Positions 20,556 to 31,161 of a stretch of 64,000 nt of DNA are shown here, in pieces. The notes beneath the pieces were generated by a model. The model was given only the letters and a program-made list of their open reading frames with translations, had not been told where the DNA came from and searched no databases. This stretch comes from an uncultured Alphaproteobacteria bacterium (GTDB taxonomy: Bacteria > Pseudomonadota > Alphaproteobacteria > HIMB59 > GCA-002718135). Made by a program: the position numbers and the translations under genes. The first letter of the stretch is position 1. Every line of letters starts with the position of its first letter. Where the stretch lies: assembly GCA_902592345.1 (NCBI GenBank), contig CACJEE010000003.1:2312-66311 (forward strand), read 5' to 3'.

Positions 20556-20718
20556 TGCTTTTTTCTTTTTTGTATAAATGTTCAGTTAACGCTGATCTCC
20601 AATCTTTACCGTATTCATTTCTAAAATACCTGACTACATGTGGATCAATGTTATCAAAACCATAATCATTAACAGTTTTGTAGGTAGTGCCTATAAAATT
20701 AAGTATATTTTTAATCAT
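20536..20718 (-). CDS. Small hypothetical protein (60 aa)
   Basis: ORF in an otherwise non-coding 530-nt gap. It shares an 'MIKN/K.LN.F' N-terminus with the downstream 53-aa ORF. No recognisable family. Confidence 0.4.
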   Translation of the reverse strand: MIKNILNFIGTTYKTVNDYGFDNIDPHVVRYFRNEYGKDWRSALTEHLYKKEKSNDKKAA

Positions 20719-20920
20719 TTATTATCCTTTCGTTATTTATATAAGAGTTATAATATGCATATCAAGCAAGTTAAATACATATTTTGTATGCAATTAATGC
20801 ATATTTAAATTCATTAAATTTTTATTATTTTATAAGAAGCTGTAATTTTTATTAAAAAACGATTTTATGTTAAAATTAATCATACACTTAACGTTTAATT
20901 CAAGATAGTTAGTTATAAAG

Positions 20921-22036
20921 ATGATTATTATTTTAACCCAATGTTTTCCTCCAAGAGTAGGAGGTATAGAAAACCTATTAGAAAATCTATCATTTCAATT
21001 AAGTAATACACATGAAGTTGTGGTATTAGCTGATCAAAATCATAAATCTAAAGATGCCTTATATGATGTTAGTCATAAAAAAAATTTTCTAATTAAAAGA
21101 TTTAATGGTTTAAAATTTTTCCGTAAGAGAAAAAAATTATCTGAATTAAAAAAATATTTAGATAAAAAAAAAGTATCCTGCATAATTGGTGATAGTTGGA
21201 AAAGTTTTGAGTTAAGTATAGATATTATAAGAGACCTATCTATCAAATCTATTTGCCTAGTACATGGAAATGAAATTATAACTAAAAATTCACGTCATAA
21301 GAAGAGAGTAACTTCTACGCTGAGCAAAATATCTCATATCGTGTGTAACTCCAACTACACGAAAGATTTAGTTAACAAAATAGGTATTATAAATCAATCA
21401 ATTGTATGTATATATCCTGGAGCTCAAAATAACATAAATTTACCTGAAAAAATTATTCCAAAGTTAAATGGTAATCCCATATTAGTTACTTTAGCAAGAT
21501 TAGAAAAAAGAAAAGGACACTCATATGTTTTATCTGCAATAGCAAAATTAAAAAATGAATATCCAAATATTCTTTATGTGATTGCTGGATCAGGGGAGGA
21601 GTTGGGAAGTTTGCAGGAAAAAGTTAGAAAATTTGAAATTGAAAAAAATGTACTTTTTGTTGGAAATATTAATAATAACGAAAAAAATTATTTATTTAAA
21701 AAAACCAACCTAATGTTAATGCCCACAACTGATGAGTCAGGGCAAAGATCTATAGAGGGTTTTGGTATAGCGTATCTTGAGGCTGCCTTTTATGGCATTC
21801 CATCTTTGGCATCAAATATTGGAGGAACGCCAGAGGCTGTTCTTCATGAAAAAACAGGATTAATTATTAAAAACATAAATGATTTATATCCTGCCTTACA
21901 AAATATACTTTCTGATAATAAAAAATTAGAAAAACTTGGACAAAATGCAAAGATTAGAGCAGAAAAGTATTTTTTATGGAGAAATGTAGTCAAAAAATAT
22001 CTTCATATCATTGATAATATTGATAAAAAAAATTAA
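20921..22036 (+). CDS. Glycosyltransferase family 4 (GT-B fold)
   Basis: 'EGFGIAYLEAAFYGIPSLASNIGGTPEAV' E-x7-E motif. Confidence 0.85.
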   Translation: MIIILTQCFPPRVGGIENLLENLSFQLSNTHEVVVLADQNHKSKDALYDVSHKKNFLIKRFNGLKFFRKRKKLSELKKYLDKKKVSCIIGDSWKSFELSIDIIRDLSIKSICLVHGNEIITKNSRHKKRVTSTLSKISHIVCNSNYTKDLVNKIGIINQSIVCIYPGAQNNINLPEKIIPKLNGNPILVTLARLEKRKGHSYVLSAIAKLKNEYPNILYVIAGSGEELGSLQEKVRKFEIEKNVLFVGNINNNEKNYLFKKTNLMLMPTTDESGQRSIEGFGIAYLEAAFYGIPSLASNIGGTPEAVLHEKTGLIIKNINDLYPALQNILSDNKKLEKLGQNAKIRAEKYFLWRNVVKKYLHIIDNIDKKN

Positions 22037-22965
22037 TGAATATTTTATATCATTGCACTTTTTCAAATCAGAATGATTTTTTAAAACTTTTAAAAAAAAA
22101 ATTTAAATCTCATAAAATTTTAACACTAGATGATAATATTCAATTTGAGAAAATTGAAGTAGCTTTAGTATGGAATTTACCAGATAAAATTTTAAAAAAA
22201 TTAAAAAATTTAAAGATTATTTTTTCCTTAGGAGCGGGGGTAGATCATATATTAAATTTATCTAATTATAAAAAAACACCAATAATACGAATACAAGATC
22301 AAAATATGCGGTCACGCATGCTAAATCATGTGCTTTCTCAAATATTGAACTATCAATTAAAGCTCAATGATTACAGTAAGGCACAGGCCAAAAAAATTTG
22401 GTTAGATGAAAGATACACATCTCTAAACAAAGAATTAACAATTGGTTTATTGGGTCTTGGGTACATAGGCAGTTTTGTAGCAAATAATTTAAAAGTATTA
22501 GGTTATAATGTAATTGGTTATAAAAATTCTGTTAATAAAAGCAACTTATCAATTCCAGTTTATTATAAAAATTCAATTAAATCCTTTTTAAAATTATCAG
22601 ACATTGTAGTTTCCATTCTTCCTGCTACTAAACAAACTAAAGATTTTATTAATAAATCTTTTTTAAAAAATATGAAAAAAAATTGTTTACTAATTAATAT
22701 TGGTAGAGGATCTGCTTTAAGTGAGTTAGATTTATTAGAACATATCAAAAAAAATCCTAACTTTTTTGCATCTCTAGATGTTTTTAAAATGGAACCTCTA
22801 CCAAAATCACATAAATTTTGGAAAAATCAAAATATTATTATTACCCCTCATGTTGCTGCTATAACTGATGTCGACTCTTCAATAAATTATATTTTTAATA
22901 AATTTGAGCAATTTAAAAAAAAAGGAAAAATGAAAAGTGATGTTATTATTAAGAATGGTTATTAG
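22036..22965 (+). CDS. D-isomer-specific 2-hydroxyacid dehydrogenase (glyoxylate/hydroxypyruvate reductase A-like)
   Basis: 'GLLGLGYIGSFVA' (GxGxxG), 'NIGRG' and 'ITPHVAA'. 1-nt start/stop overlap with the GT4 gene. Confidence 0.8.
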   Translation: MNILYHCTFSNQNDFLKLLKKKFKSHKILTLDDNIQFEKIEVALVWNLPDKILKKLKNLKIIFSLGAGVDHILNLSNYKKTPIIRIQDQNMRSRMLNHVLSQILNYQLKLNDYSKAQAKKIWLDERYTSLNKELTIGLLGLGYIGSFVANNLKVLGYNVIGYKNSVNKSNLSIPVYYKNSIKSFLKLSDIVVSILPATKQTKDFINKSFLKNMKKNCLLINIGRGSALSELDLLEHIKKNPNFFASLDVFKMEPLPKSHKFWKNQNIIITPHVAAITDVDSSINYIFNKFEQFKKKGKMKSDVIIKNGY

Positions 22966-24142
22966 CTTTTTGAAAAATAATTCTCTAAAATTTTGTAATA
23001 AATTTTAGTTAATTCATTAAGATCATCTAAAAAAACAAATTCATCAACTTGATGCAATGTTTGATTTCTAATACCTAGCTCAATTACTTCACAATAATTT
23101 TTAATAAATCGTGCATCAGATGTCCCTCCATCTGTTGCAAGTTCTGGTTCTTCATTTCTTCCAGTAGCTTGAGAAATAGATTTAGAAACAATTTTACTTA
23201 AATTTCCTGGTTTATTTAAAAAAGAACGAGCGCTAATTTCATGTTTTACTTTCCAAGATACATTTTTCATATTTGTAAAGATTGATTCTATTTTTTTATT
23301 GAACCACTGAATTAAAGATTCTGGTGTATGGAGATCATTAAATCGTATATTTATCGTAGCAAATGCATATTCAGGAATCACATTATGGGCAGGATTACCA
23401 ACATCAAAAGTAGGAATTTGCACAGCTGATGGTAAAAAAATTCATTTCCTTCATCCAGAGGTTTTTCTAAAATATTTGAGATAAGTTTTGTTAAACAGTG
23501 AACTGGGTTCTGAGCTCTATGACCATTAGCTGTATGTCCTTGGACACCCTTAACTGTTAAAAAGAAATTAACAGATCCTCGTCTTCCGATTTTAACTTTA
23601 TCTCCAATTTTTGCATTAGATGTGGGTTCACCAACCAAACAATGATCTATTTTTATATTTTGCTTTTTTGTCCACTCCATGATTTGAGGCGTTCCATTAA
23701 TTGCCTCACCTTCTTCATCACCCGTTATTATAAATGAAATTTTGCCACCAAAATTTTTACCATTTTTTTTCAAGAACTGTTCTGTAGCAGATATAAAACA
23801 CGCAATGTTGCTCTTCATATCTTCAGTCCCTCTTCCATATAGTTTATCATCCTCAATGATTGCTGAAAAAGGAGGATGTTTCCAAGAACTTTCATTTCCT
23901 GGAGGAACAACATCAGTGTGACCAGCAAATGCTAGATGTGGTCCATCTGAGCCAATAGTTGCAAATAAATTTTTAACTTCATATGATCCATTTCCCGAAA
24001 ATACCAATGGTGCGCAATCGAACCCCATAGAACTAAGATGATCTTGTACAACAAGTAAAGCACCATCATCTTTTGGCGTGATACTCTGACATTTAACAAG
24101 TTCTTGAGTAAGTTTAATAGGATTTAAATTAAATTCAGTCAT
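22962..24142 (-). pseudogene. dapE: Succinyl-diaminopimelate desuccinylase, split by a 1-nt frameshift at a T7 (A7 on + strand) run
   Basis: ORFs 23378..24142 (N-terminal part, 'AGHTDVVP', 'RGTEDMK') and 22962..23423 (C-terminal part) are two halves of one M20 enzyme. Reading the run 23434-23440 as 8 nt gives a continuous '...DEGNEFFLPSAVQIPTFDVGN...'. Confidence 0.85.
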
Positions 24143-24972
24143 TAATCACGTAACAGATCATTAATTGAGGTTTTAGATCTAGTTCTTTCATCAACTCTTT
24201 TAACTATTACTGCGCAATATAATCCTGGACCTTCCCTCCCATCGGATAGTTTTTTTCCTGGATTTGAGCCTGGCACTATAACGGAGTATGGAGGAACTTT
24301 TCCCATATGAACTTCTCCACTCGCTCTATCAATAATTTTTGTTGATGCACCAATAAACACACCCATCGATAATACAGAACCTTCTCCAACAATAACTCCT
24401 TCAGCTACTTCACTTCTTGCTCCTATAAAACAATTGTCCTCAATAATAACTGGATTAGCTTGCAGAGGCTCTAAAACTCCTCCAATACCTGCACCACCAG
24501 ATATATGACAATTTTTGCCAATTTGTGCACAAGAACCTACAGTTGCCCATGTATCAATCATCGTTCCTTCATCAACATAAGCTCCTAAATTTACAAAAGA
24601 TGGCATTAAGATTACACCTTTGGCAATAAATGCAGATTTTCTTACCACAGCATCTGGCACGTATCTAAATCCAGCTTTTTCATGATCATCTTTCGTCCAA
24701 TTAGCAGTTTTGCTTGGCACTTTATCATACCAGGTTGCGTGAGGAGCTTTTACTATCTGATTATCATTTAATCGAAAGCTTAAAAGTATAGCTTTTTTTA
24801 TCCATTGATTAACTACCCAATCATTATTAATTTTTTCACAAACACGTATATTACCTATATCAAGTTGATTTAAAGTTTCTTCAACACTCTCTCTAATTTT
24901 ACCTTTAGTATTAAAATTTATTTCATTCCTGTTTTCAAAAGCTTCCTCTATAATTTGCTTTAATTCACTCAT
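24142..24972 (-). CDS. dapD: 2,3,4,5-tetrahydropyridine-2,6-dicarboxylate N-succinyltransferase
   Basis: Hexapeptide-repeat body and a typical DapD N-terminal domain. Adjacent to dapE. Confidence 0.9.
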   Translation of the reverse strand: MSELKQIIEEAFENRNEINFNTKGKIRESVEETLNQLDIGNIRVCEKINNDWVVNQWIKKAILLSFRLNDNQIVKAPHATWYDKVPSKTANWTKDDHEKAGFRYVPDAVVRKSAFIAKGVILMPSFVNLGAYVDEGTMIDTWATVGSCAQIGKNCHISGGAGIGGVLEPLQANPVIIEDNCFIGARSEVAEGVIVGEGSVLSMGVFIGASTKIIDRASGEVHMGKVPPYSVIVPGSNPGKKLSDGREGPGLYCAVIVKRVDERTRSKTSINDLLRD

Positions 24973-25646
24973 ATTTTTCCTTTGTTAACGTCTTCTAAAA
25001 ATTTGGTTATATTTATTGTTTCATGATCAAGGTATTTTTTTGATGCTTGAATATCATCACTAAAATTTTCATAACCTGCATCAATCCAGACAGAAGTAAA
25101 ACCAACATTTTTTGCAGGAACTAGATTTTTAGCGATATCATCAAACATAGCTGCACTTTTTACATTTATATCAAATTGATTTATCATCTGTTCATAAGGA
25201 GCTATTTCTGGTTTTGGTATATAATTTGCCATCTTAATATCATAAATTTCATCAAAAAAATTTGATAATTCTATTTTTTCTAAAACGTTAATAGCATGTT
25301 GCATATTTGCGTTCGTATATATAATTTTTCGCCCATTAAGTTTTTTTAATTCTTCATTGAGCTTCAAGTTTGGGCCAACAATAGAGTAGTCTAACTTATG
25401 TACTTCAGCAAGAAAATGATCAGGATCAACCCCGTGATTATCCATCATTCCCCTCAATGTTGTTCCATGTTGTTTATAATATTTTTTTTGTATTTTTTTA
25501 GCATCTTCAATATCTATATTTAGATGCCTAGATACAAACTTTCCCATTAGCTCATGTACTTGTTGAAATATTCCACTATCAGCCGAATAAAGTGTGTTAT
25601 CGAGATCAAATATCCAAGTATTTATTTGTTTTACTAAACTACTCAT
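24969..25646 (-). CDS. HAD-superfamily hydrolase (pyrimidine 5'-nucleotidase-like)
   Basis: '[10 protein letters not shown]' motif I (DxDxT). Size and position next to dapD match other alphaproteobacteria. Confidence 0.75.
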   Translation of the reverse strand: MSSLVKQINTWIFDLDNTLYSADSGIFQQVHELMGKFVSRHLNIDIEDAKKIQKKYYKQHGTTLRGMMDNHGVDPDHFLAEVHKLDYSIVGPNLKLNEELKKLNGRKIIYTNANMQHAINVLEKIELSNFFDEIYDIKMANYIPKPEIAPYEQMINQFDINVKSAAMFDDIAKNLVPAKNVGFTSVWIDAGYENFSDDIQASKKYLDHETINITKFLEDVNKGKI

Positions 25647-25649
25647 ATT

Positions 25650-26561
25650 TTAAGAATAAATCTGGGTTCCAATACCATGTTCAGTGAATAATTCTAATAC
25701 TAATGAGTGAGGAATTCTCCCATCTAAGATGGTTGATTTAGTCACCCCACTTTTCATAGCTTCTATGCATGTTGTAATTTTTGGCTTCATACCTCCCACT
25801 ACAAAATCTTCATTAACAATTTCAATTGCATCTTCAAGCTTTAGGGAAGGAATTAATTTCTTATCTTTATCTAATACACCAGCAACATCTGTCAAAAGTA
25901 ATAATTTATTTGCTTTTAACTTACCTGCGATAAAACCTGCAGCAGTGTCAGCATTAATATTGTATGAATTACCATCATTATCTATTCCTAATGGAGCAAT
26001 AACTGGTATTTCGCCCTCTTGAATATGTTGTTTAATTAAGTCTGTGTTAGCATTTGTTGGCTGTCCTACAAATCCTATATCAATAATTTTTTCAATATTT
26101 GAATCTGAATCTTTGAACTCTACTTTTAATTTTGTTACACTTAATAGATTATTTTTATTTCCACTTAATCCAATTGCCTTTCCACCAGAGTCACTTATTG
26201 CCCTAACTATTTCAGTATTTATCTCATTGGCTAAAACATCTTCAACAACTTTTACTGTTTCAGAATCAGTAACTCGTAAGCCATCAACAAACTTAGAAGT
26301 TATATTCTTAGTTTTTAATTTCTCTGCAATTTGAGGTCCTCCTCCATGAATAACCACAGGAAATATTCCAACTTCCTTCATTAAGCCAATATCTCTTGCA
26401 AAACTTTTAGCAAGTTTAGGATCTCCCATTGCATGACCTCCGTATTTAATAACAATAGTATCTCCACTATGCTCTCTAATAAATGGCAATGCTTCAACTA
26501 ATGTTGAGGCTTTATGAATAAAATAGGCCTGATCGCTTTCTGATAAAAAATCAAATTTCAT
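25650..26561 (-). CDS. argB: Acetylglutamate kinase
   Basis: 'IVIKYGGHAM' and 'VVIHGGGPQI' motifs. Confidence 0.95.
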   Translation of the reverse strand: MKFDFLSESDQAYFIHKASTLVEALPFIREHSGDTIVIKYGGHAMGDPKLAKSFARDIGLMKEVGIFPVVIHGGGPQIAEKLKTKNITSKFVDGLRVTDSETVKVVEDVLANEINTEIVRAISDSGGKAIGLSGNKNNLLSVTKLKVEFKDSDSNIEKIIDIGFVGQPTNANTDLIKQHIQEGEIPVIAPLGIDNDGNSYNINADTAAGFIAGKLKANKLLLLTDVAGVLDKDKKLIPSLKLEDAIEIVNEDFVVGGMKPKITTCIEAMKSGVTKSTILDGRIPHSLVLELFTEHGIGTQIYS

Positions 26562-27184
26562 TTTTGCTTTGATAAAGTATAAATATCCTTTTGGATATCA
26601 ATTATTCCTTCAAATTTTTTAGCACTAGTAAAAAAAAACTTATTAAAATTTTTACTGTAAGTTTTCATTAAACTTTGCATAGATTTTTCTAAATCTGATA
26701 AATATGATTTAGAGCACTTATCAATTTTTGTAAAAATTATTGAAAAATATCTATCTGATTCATTAAGGAGGTCAAACATATCAATGTCACTATTTTTTAC
26801 ACCTACTTTAGCATCTATTAATACATATGCTTGAATCAAGTTTAATTGATGAATAATATATTCTTTAATTAGGATTCCAAGATTATCTCTTATTACTTTA
26901 GATACTTTAGCATAACCATAACCAGGTAAATCAACGAGATTAATATTTTCATTAATCAAAAAGATATTTATGGACTGTGTTCTTCCAGGCGTTTTGCTTG
27001 TTTTTGCTAAATTTTTTGTTTTAGTAACTGCATTAATCATACTTGATTTTCCCACATTAGATCTTCCCACAAAACAACAATCATTTACAGAGTTAATTTT
27101 TTTAATATCTTTATAAGATTGAAAGGATCCAATAAATTTATTTGAATTAAAAAAAATTTTTAAAGATTTATTTCCATTACTCAT
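26558..27184 (-). CDS. engB: Ribosome biogenesis GTP-binding protein EngB/YsxC
   Basis: G1 motif 'GRSNVGKSSMINA' and G3 motif 'DLPGYG'. Confidence 0.9.
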   Translation of the reverse strand: MSNGNKSLKIFFNSNKFIGSFQSYKDIKKINSVNDCCFVGRSNVGKSSMINAVTKTKNLAKTSKTPGRTQSINIFLINENINLVDLPGYGYAKVSKVIRDNLGILIKEYIIHQLNLIQAYVLIDAKVGVKNSDIDMFDLLNESDRYFSIIFTKIDKCSKSYLSDLEKSMQSLMKTYSKNFNKFFFTSAKKFEGIIDIQKDIYTLSKQK

Positions 27185-28904
27185 TTTTAGCGAGTATTTT
27201 TCTTTGTATAAACCACTGTTGGGCTATTGATAGAATATTGTTTACCGACCAATACAATACTAATCCAGCTGCGAAACCTGCTAATACAAAAGTAAAAACA
27301 AAAGGAAGTATAGCAAATATTTTAGCTTGCATTGGATCTGCTGGTGCAGGATTTAATTTTTGTTGTAACCACATTGTTAAACCCATAATAATTGGAAGAA
27401 TACCAATATTTATAATTGATAAAAAACCAGGAACGTCCCAAGGAACCAAACCAAAGAGAATTAAAATACCAAGAGGATCTGGTGCTGATAAATCATGGAT
27501 CCAACCATAGAATGGCGCATGGTACATTTCGATAGTAACAAAAAGCACTTTATATAATGAGAAAAAAATAGGTATTTGAACTAAGATAGGAAGACAACCC
27601 GCAACGGGGTTAGCTCCTTCTCTTTTGTATAAAGCCATAAGCTCTTGTTGCATTTTTTGACGATCATTCGGATAAGTTTCCTTTAATCGCTGCATTTCTG
27701 GTTGTAGTTTTTTCATTTTGGCCATCGATTTAAACGAAGCATGAGCCAGTGGGAAAAGAATTAATCGCATTAAGATGGTAAAGGCAATAATTGCTAAACC
27801 AAAATTACCTACATAACCATAAAACCAATTGATGGCATATGAAACTGGTTTAGTTAAAAAAGCAAACCAACCCCAATCAATCGCATCTGTAAAACGTGGA
27901 ATTGATAAAGTATCAACATAATTGCTTAGAATATTAAGTTTTTTTGCACCAGCAAAAACTTTACCATTATATGAAATAGATTTTCCTGGAGCAATATCAA
28001 ATATTTGCCCAACATATCCAGTTCTGTAGCTATCTCTACCATTGTTTCCATGACGATAATTAATATTTATAGGTTCATTTGGATCTGGTATTAAAACTGA
28101 CATCCAATATTTATCTGTAAAGCCTAACCAGCCACCCTGAGCTTTTTCATCACAAAATTCATCTTTGATAGTCATGCTTGAAGAACAATCATCTAATAAA
28201 TCATCATAATTTTTTTCAAGCAGTTCATCATTTACAAGACTTATTAAACCTTCATGTAAAATAAAAAAATTAATTGTCTTGGGAGTGTTTATTCTTTTAA
28301 TTAATCTATATGGATATATTTCTAAATTTGATGAACTGTTATTAATTACTTCCTGACTCACTGAAAACATATAATTTTCATCAACAGAAAAATGTTTAAG
28401 GAAGGTAATATTTTCATCATTTGTCCAACTTAAACGAACTGAATTATCTTGAGAAAGAATGGAAGAGTCTGTTTTCCAAATTGTTTCTAAATTTGGAAGC
28501 TGGGCATTTTGATCGCCTAATACTTTCCAACCAAACTCTATATAGTAAGGATTTGAAGTTCCATCTGGAGATAGTAAATCAATATTTTTTGAATTATCAT
28601 CTAAACTGATTTTATAATTAGAAAGAGTTAAGTCATCTAATATAGCCCCTTGTAAATTAATTGAACCTGTAATAGATGGCGTCTCTATGCTAACTCTTTT
28701 ATTAGCAGTTAGGACATCTTCTTTTGGTTTTATTATTTCTAATACATTTGTTTTTGGCTCATCTATAGATGTAGCTGGTGCGAGAATTTCATTTTCTTTA
28801 TTTTGAATTGGTTCAGTAATTGGACCTGGAAGAAAAAATTGAAATACAACAATTATTGCTATTGAAATTGCAATTGCTAAAAATAAGTTTTTTTGTTCAT
28901 TCAT
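27177..28904 (-). CDS. yidC: Membrane protein insertase YidC
   Basis: N-terminal TM segment, large periplasmic domain and conserved C-terminal 5-TM core. I place the start at 'MNEQKNLF' (ATG at 28904), because the longer ORF overlaps yidD. Confidence 0.9.
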   Translation of the reverse strand: MNEQKNLFLAIAISIAIIVVFQFFLPGPITEPIQNKENEILAPATSIDEPKTNVLEIIKPKEDVLTANKRVSIETPSITGSINLQGAILDDLTLSNYKISLDDNSKNIDLLSPDGTSNPYYIEFGWKVLGDQNAQLPNLETIWKTDSSILSQDNSVRLSWTNDENITFLKHFSVDENYMFSVSQEVINNSSSNLEIYPYRLIKRINTPKTINFFILHEGLISLVNDELLEKNYDDLLDDCSSSMTIKDEFCDEKAQGGWLGFTDKYWMSVLIPDPNEPININYRHGNNGRDSYRTGYVGQIFDIAPGKSISYNGKVFAGAKKLNILSNYVDTLSIPRFTDAIDWGWFAFLTKPVSYAINWFYGYVGNFGLAIIAFTILMRLILFPLAHASFKSMAKMKKLQPEMQRLKETYPNDRQKMQQELMALYKREGANPVAGCLPILVQIPIFFSLYKVLFVTIEMYHAPFYGWIHDLSAPDPLGILILFGLVPWDVPGFLSIINIGILPIIMGLTMWLQQKLNPAPADPMQAKIFAILPFVFTFVLAGFAAGLVLYWSVNNILSIAQQWFIQRKILAKNE

Positions 28905-29148
28905 AATTATTTTTTTCCATCTTTGTTGGTATAGGGTCATATCCATTGCTGCCCCATGGGTGACACTTTCCAATTCTTTTAATTGTTAAAAAAGTTCCTT
29001 TTATTAACCCATATGCTTTTAAGGATTCCAATGCATACTCTGAGCAAGTAGGCATAAAGCGACAATTTGAACCCAGTATAGGAGATACTATAAGTTGATA
29101 TCCACGAATTAATAATACCAAAGGGAAAGTGACAATTTTATTTATCAT
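28897..29148 (-). CDS. yidD: Membrane protein insertion efficiency factor YidD
   Basis: '[11 protein letters not shown]' motif. Located between rnpA and yidC. Confidence 0.9.
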   Translation of the reverse strand: MINKIVTFPLVLLIRGYQLIVSPILGSNCRFMPTCSEYALESLKAYGLIKGTFLTIKRIGKCHPWGSNGYDPIPTKMEKNNYE

Positions 29149-29470
29149 TAATAATCTTCTCCAACTCTTCTAATAAATCCTTAAATTTTATATCTAAAAT
29201 TGATGTTTTGGCTATTAGCACATAATAAGTATTTGTTTTACCTTTAATCAATATTTTTTTTGCCAATTCTCTCATTATTCTTTTTGCTTTATTTCTTTTA
29301 ACAGCATTACCTATTTTTTTTGTAGCGGTATAACCAACACCTATTTTATTATGTAGATTCTGATTAATTAATTTTTGAACATTGATATTATTACTACGAA
29401 TAAATACACCATTATCGCGGATATGAACAAAATCTGTTCTATTTTTTATTGTAAATAATTGAGGGGCCAT
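29138..29470 (-). CDS. rnpA: Ribonuclease P protein component
   Basis: 110-aa basic protein directly downstream of rpmH with a '[14 protein letters not shown]' RNR-like motif. Confidence 0.9.
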   Translation of the reverse strand: MAPQLFTIKNRTDFVHIRDNGVFIRSNNINVQKLINQNLHNKIGVGYTATKKIGNAVKRNKAKRIMRELAKKILIKGKTNTYYVLIAKTSILDIKFKDLLEELEKIINDK

Positions 29471-29479
29471 AAGGCCTTT

Positions 29480-29614
29480 TTAAGCGCTAAGTTGAGCTCT
29501 TCCTTTTGCACGGCGACGGTTTAAAATTTGCCTTCCGGCTTTAGTGGCCATTCTAGCACGAAAACCATGTCTACGTTTTCTAATAAGTTTACTTGGTTGA
29601 TATGTTCTTTTCAT
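29480..29614 (-). CDS. rpmH: 50S ribosomal protein L34
   Basis: Hand translation gives [44 protein letters not shown]. At 44 aa it is below the ORF-track cutoff. Confidence 0.95.
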   Translation of the reverse strand: MKRTYQPSKLIRKRRHGFRARMATKAGRQILNRRRAKGRAQLSA

Positions 29615-29682
29615 TATTTATCTATTTTTTGAGCCCTATTACGAATTGATCGTATATAAGTCAAATAGATACTCAAAAAAAT

Positions 29683-30516
29683 ATGAAAATAATCAAAAAA
29701 ATATCAGAAATTAAAGAAATAATATCTAATTTTAAGAAAAACAAAAAAGAAATTAATCTTATTCCAACTATGGGCAGTATACATGCTGGTCATTTATCAT
29801 TGCTATCTGAGGCTAATAAATATGATGGAATAAATATTATCAGTATTTTTGTCAATCCTGCACAATTTAATGATCTAAATGATTTTAACAATTATCCCAA
29901 TACATTAGAAGCAGATATTAAAATATTATCAAAAACAAAATGCAAAATGATTTTTGCCCCTAGTATAAAAGAAATATATCCTTTAGGCATTAAAACGGAA
30001 AAAGCAGTATTCAAATATAGAGATATTTTATGTGATCTTTTTAGATTAGGGCATTTTGACGGAGTCACCACAATTGTTAAAATTCTTTTAGATTTAATAG
30101 AACCCTCAAAAATCTTTTTTGGTGAGAAAGATTTTCAGCAATTAAAGATTATTGAGCAACTTATTTTTCAAAATAATTTAAAAATAAATTTAATTAGATG
30201 TCCATCAATACGAGACTCTTATGGCATGAGTTTGTCATCTCGCTATTCAACATTCAGTAAAGATGAAAAATCAAAATTTAAAAAATGTGCACAAATAATT
30301 GATGCAAATTTATTAGAAGTAAAAAAGGATTTTAATCATAAAATTTTAGATAACATCAAAAAAGAATTAAGGAGTTATGGAATTTCAAAAATTGATTATA
30401 TTGAAGTAAGGAATGAAGAAGATTTAAGTCTTAGTATAAACAATGAAAGAACAAGATTGTTTATTGCATTCTATTTAAATAAAGTAAGAGTAATTGATAA
30501 CTTTCTTTTATACTAA
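29683..30516 (+). CDS. panC: Pantoate--beta-alanine ligase
   Basis: 'PTMGSIHAGHLSL' HxGH motif. Confidence 0.9.
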   Translation: MKIIKKISEIKEIISNFKKNKKEINLIPTMGSIHAGHLSLLSEANKYDGINIISIFVNPAQFNDLNDFNNYPNTLEADIKILSKTKCKMIFAPSIKEIYPLGIKTEKAVFKYRDILCDLFRLGHFDGVTTIVKILLDLIEPSKIFFGEKDFQQLKIIEQLIFQNNLKINLIRCPSIRDSYGMSLSSRYSTFSKDEKSKFKKCAQIIDANLLEVKKDFNHKILDNIKKELRSYGISKIDYIEVRNEEDLSLSINNERTRLFIAFYLNKVRVIDNFLLY

Positions 30517-31124
30517 GGTATTATCCAATGAAAAGATGGCATACTATCATTAAGAATGATTTTTAATCTTCTATGCCCACTTGCAGCTAAATGTAGCCAA
30601 TCAATTTGATGAATTTTATTTTGAACAACTGTAAAATTTTTATAACCTTTTTCACTTTCTTCTAAAGAAGGTTCTTTTCCTTTAAAGTTGTCGTCTATTC
30701 CATCTTCTGGCAAGCTCGTAATAGAGCTTGGGGGCTTTTTAGTTAAATAACATTTTCTACTAACTAATTTTGTTCTTTCCCACATTTTTTTAGTAATTAT
30801 ATTCTGATTGTTTATAGAGGAGATTGTTTTAATACGTAATTGTACTTTCAGTTTCTGATCATAGAAAACAAATAAGGAATTATTGTTTTTCATAAGACTA
30901 GCAATTTTTGGAGATCTAAAATCTGTGTGAAAATTTAGGACCATATTTGGAGAGTCAAATTCCCTTAACACTACAACCCTGGACTCAATAGCTTTTTGAT
31001 CATCTATATTACAAAAAACAGGGGTATGAAAAGTATGTTTTCTATCTTTTACACCCCTTATTAAATTTTTTTTAATATCCTCAAATATTTCATTCGTATT
31101 TTCTTTTGAAAGCATCGACATCAT
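30513..31124 (-). CDS. Pyridoxamine 5'-phosphate oxidase-like FMN-binding protein
   Basis: The split-barrel pattern 'RVVVLREFD...' and the C-terminal 'DWLHL...HRR' segment resemble the PNPOx-related family, from recollection. Confidence 0.55.
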   Translation of the reverse strand: MMSMLSKENTNEIFEDIKKNLIRGVKDRKHTFHTPVFCNIDDQKAIESRVVVLREFDSPNMVLNFHTDFRSPKIASLMKNNNSLFVFYDQKLKVQLRIKTISSINNQNIITKKMWERTKLVSRKCYLTKKPPSSITSLPEDGIDDNFKGKEPSLEESEKGYKNFTVVQNKIHQIDWLHLAASGHRRLKIILNDSMPSFHWIIP

Positions 31125-31161
31125 TCATGTAATATAAATTGTTTTAGAAAAATAGCTAGAT

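Noticed and set aside
20740-20810. Repeated 'ATGCATAT' / near-palindromic 'tatgcaattaatgcata' motifs upstream of the small ORFs, as a possible operator.
   Set aside because: The arms are not truly complementary when checked base by base. Such AT-rich near-repeats are expected by chance in this composition.
28905-28973. Longer YidC start ('[23 protein letters not shown]...').
   Set aside because: It overlaps the yidD coding region in another frame. '[13 protein letters not shown]...' is a typical YidC N-terminus with its TM segment.
29463-29478. 'GGCC-ATAA-GGCC' mini-hairpin between rpmH and rnpA, as a possible terminator or attenuator.
   Set aside because: It has only a 4-bp stem and no adjacent U-tract on the transcribed strand. 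It sits in the 9-nt rpmH-rnpA spacer overlapping the rnpA start, and rpmH-rnpA are normally co-transcribed.
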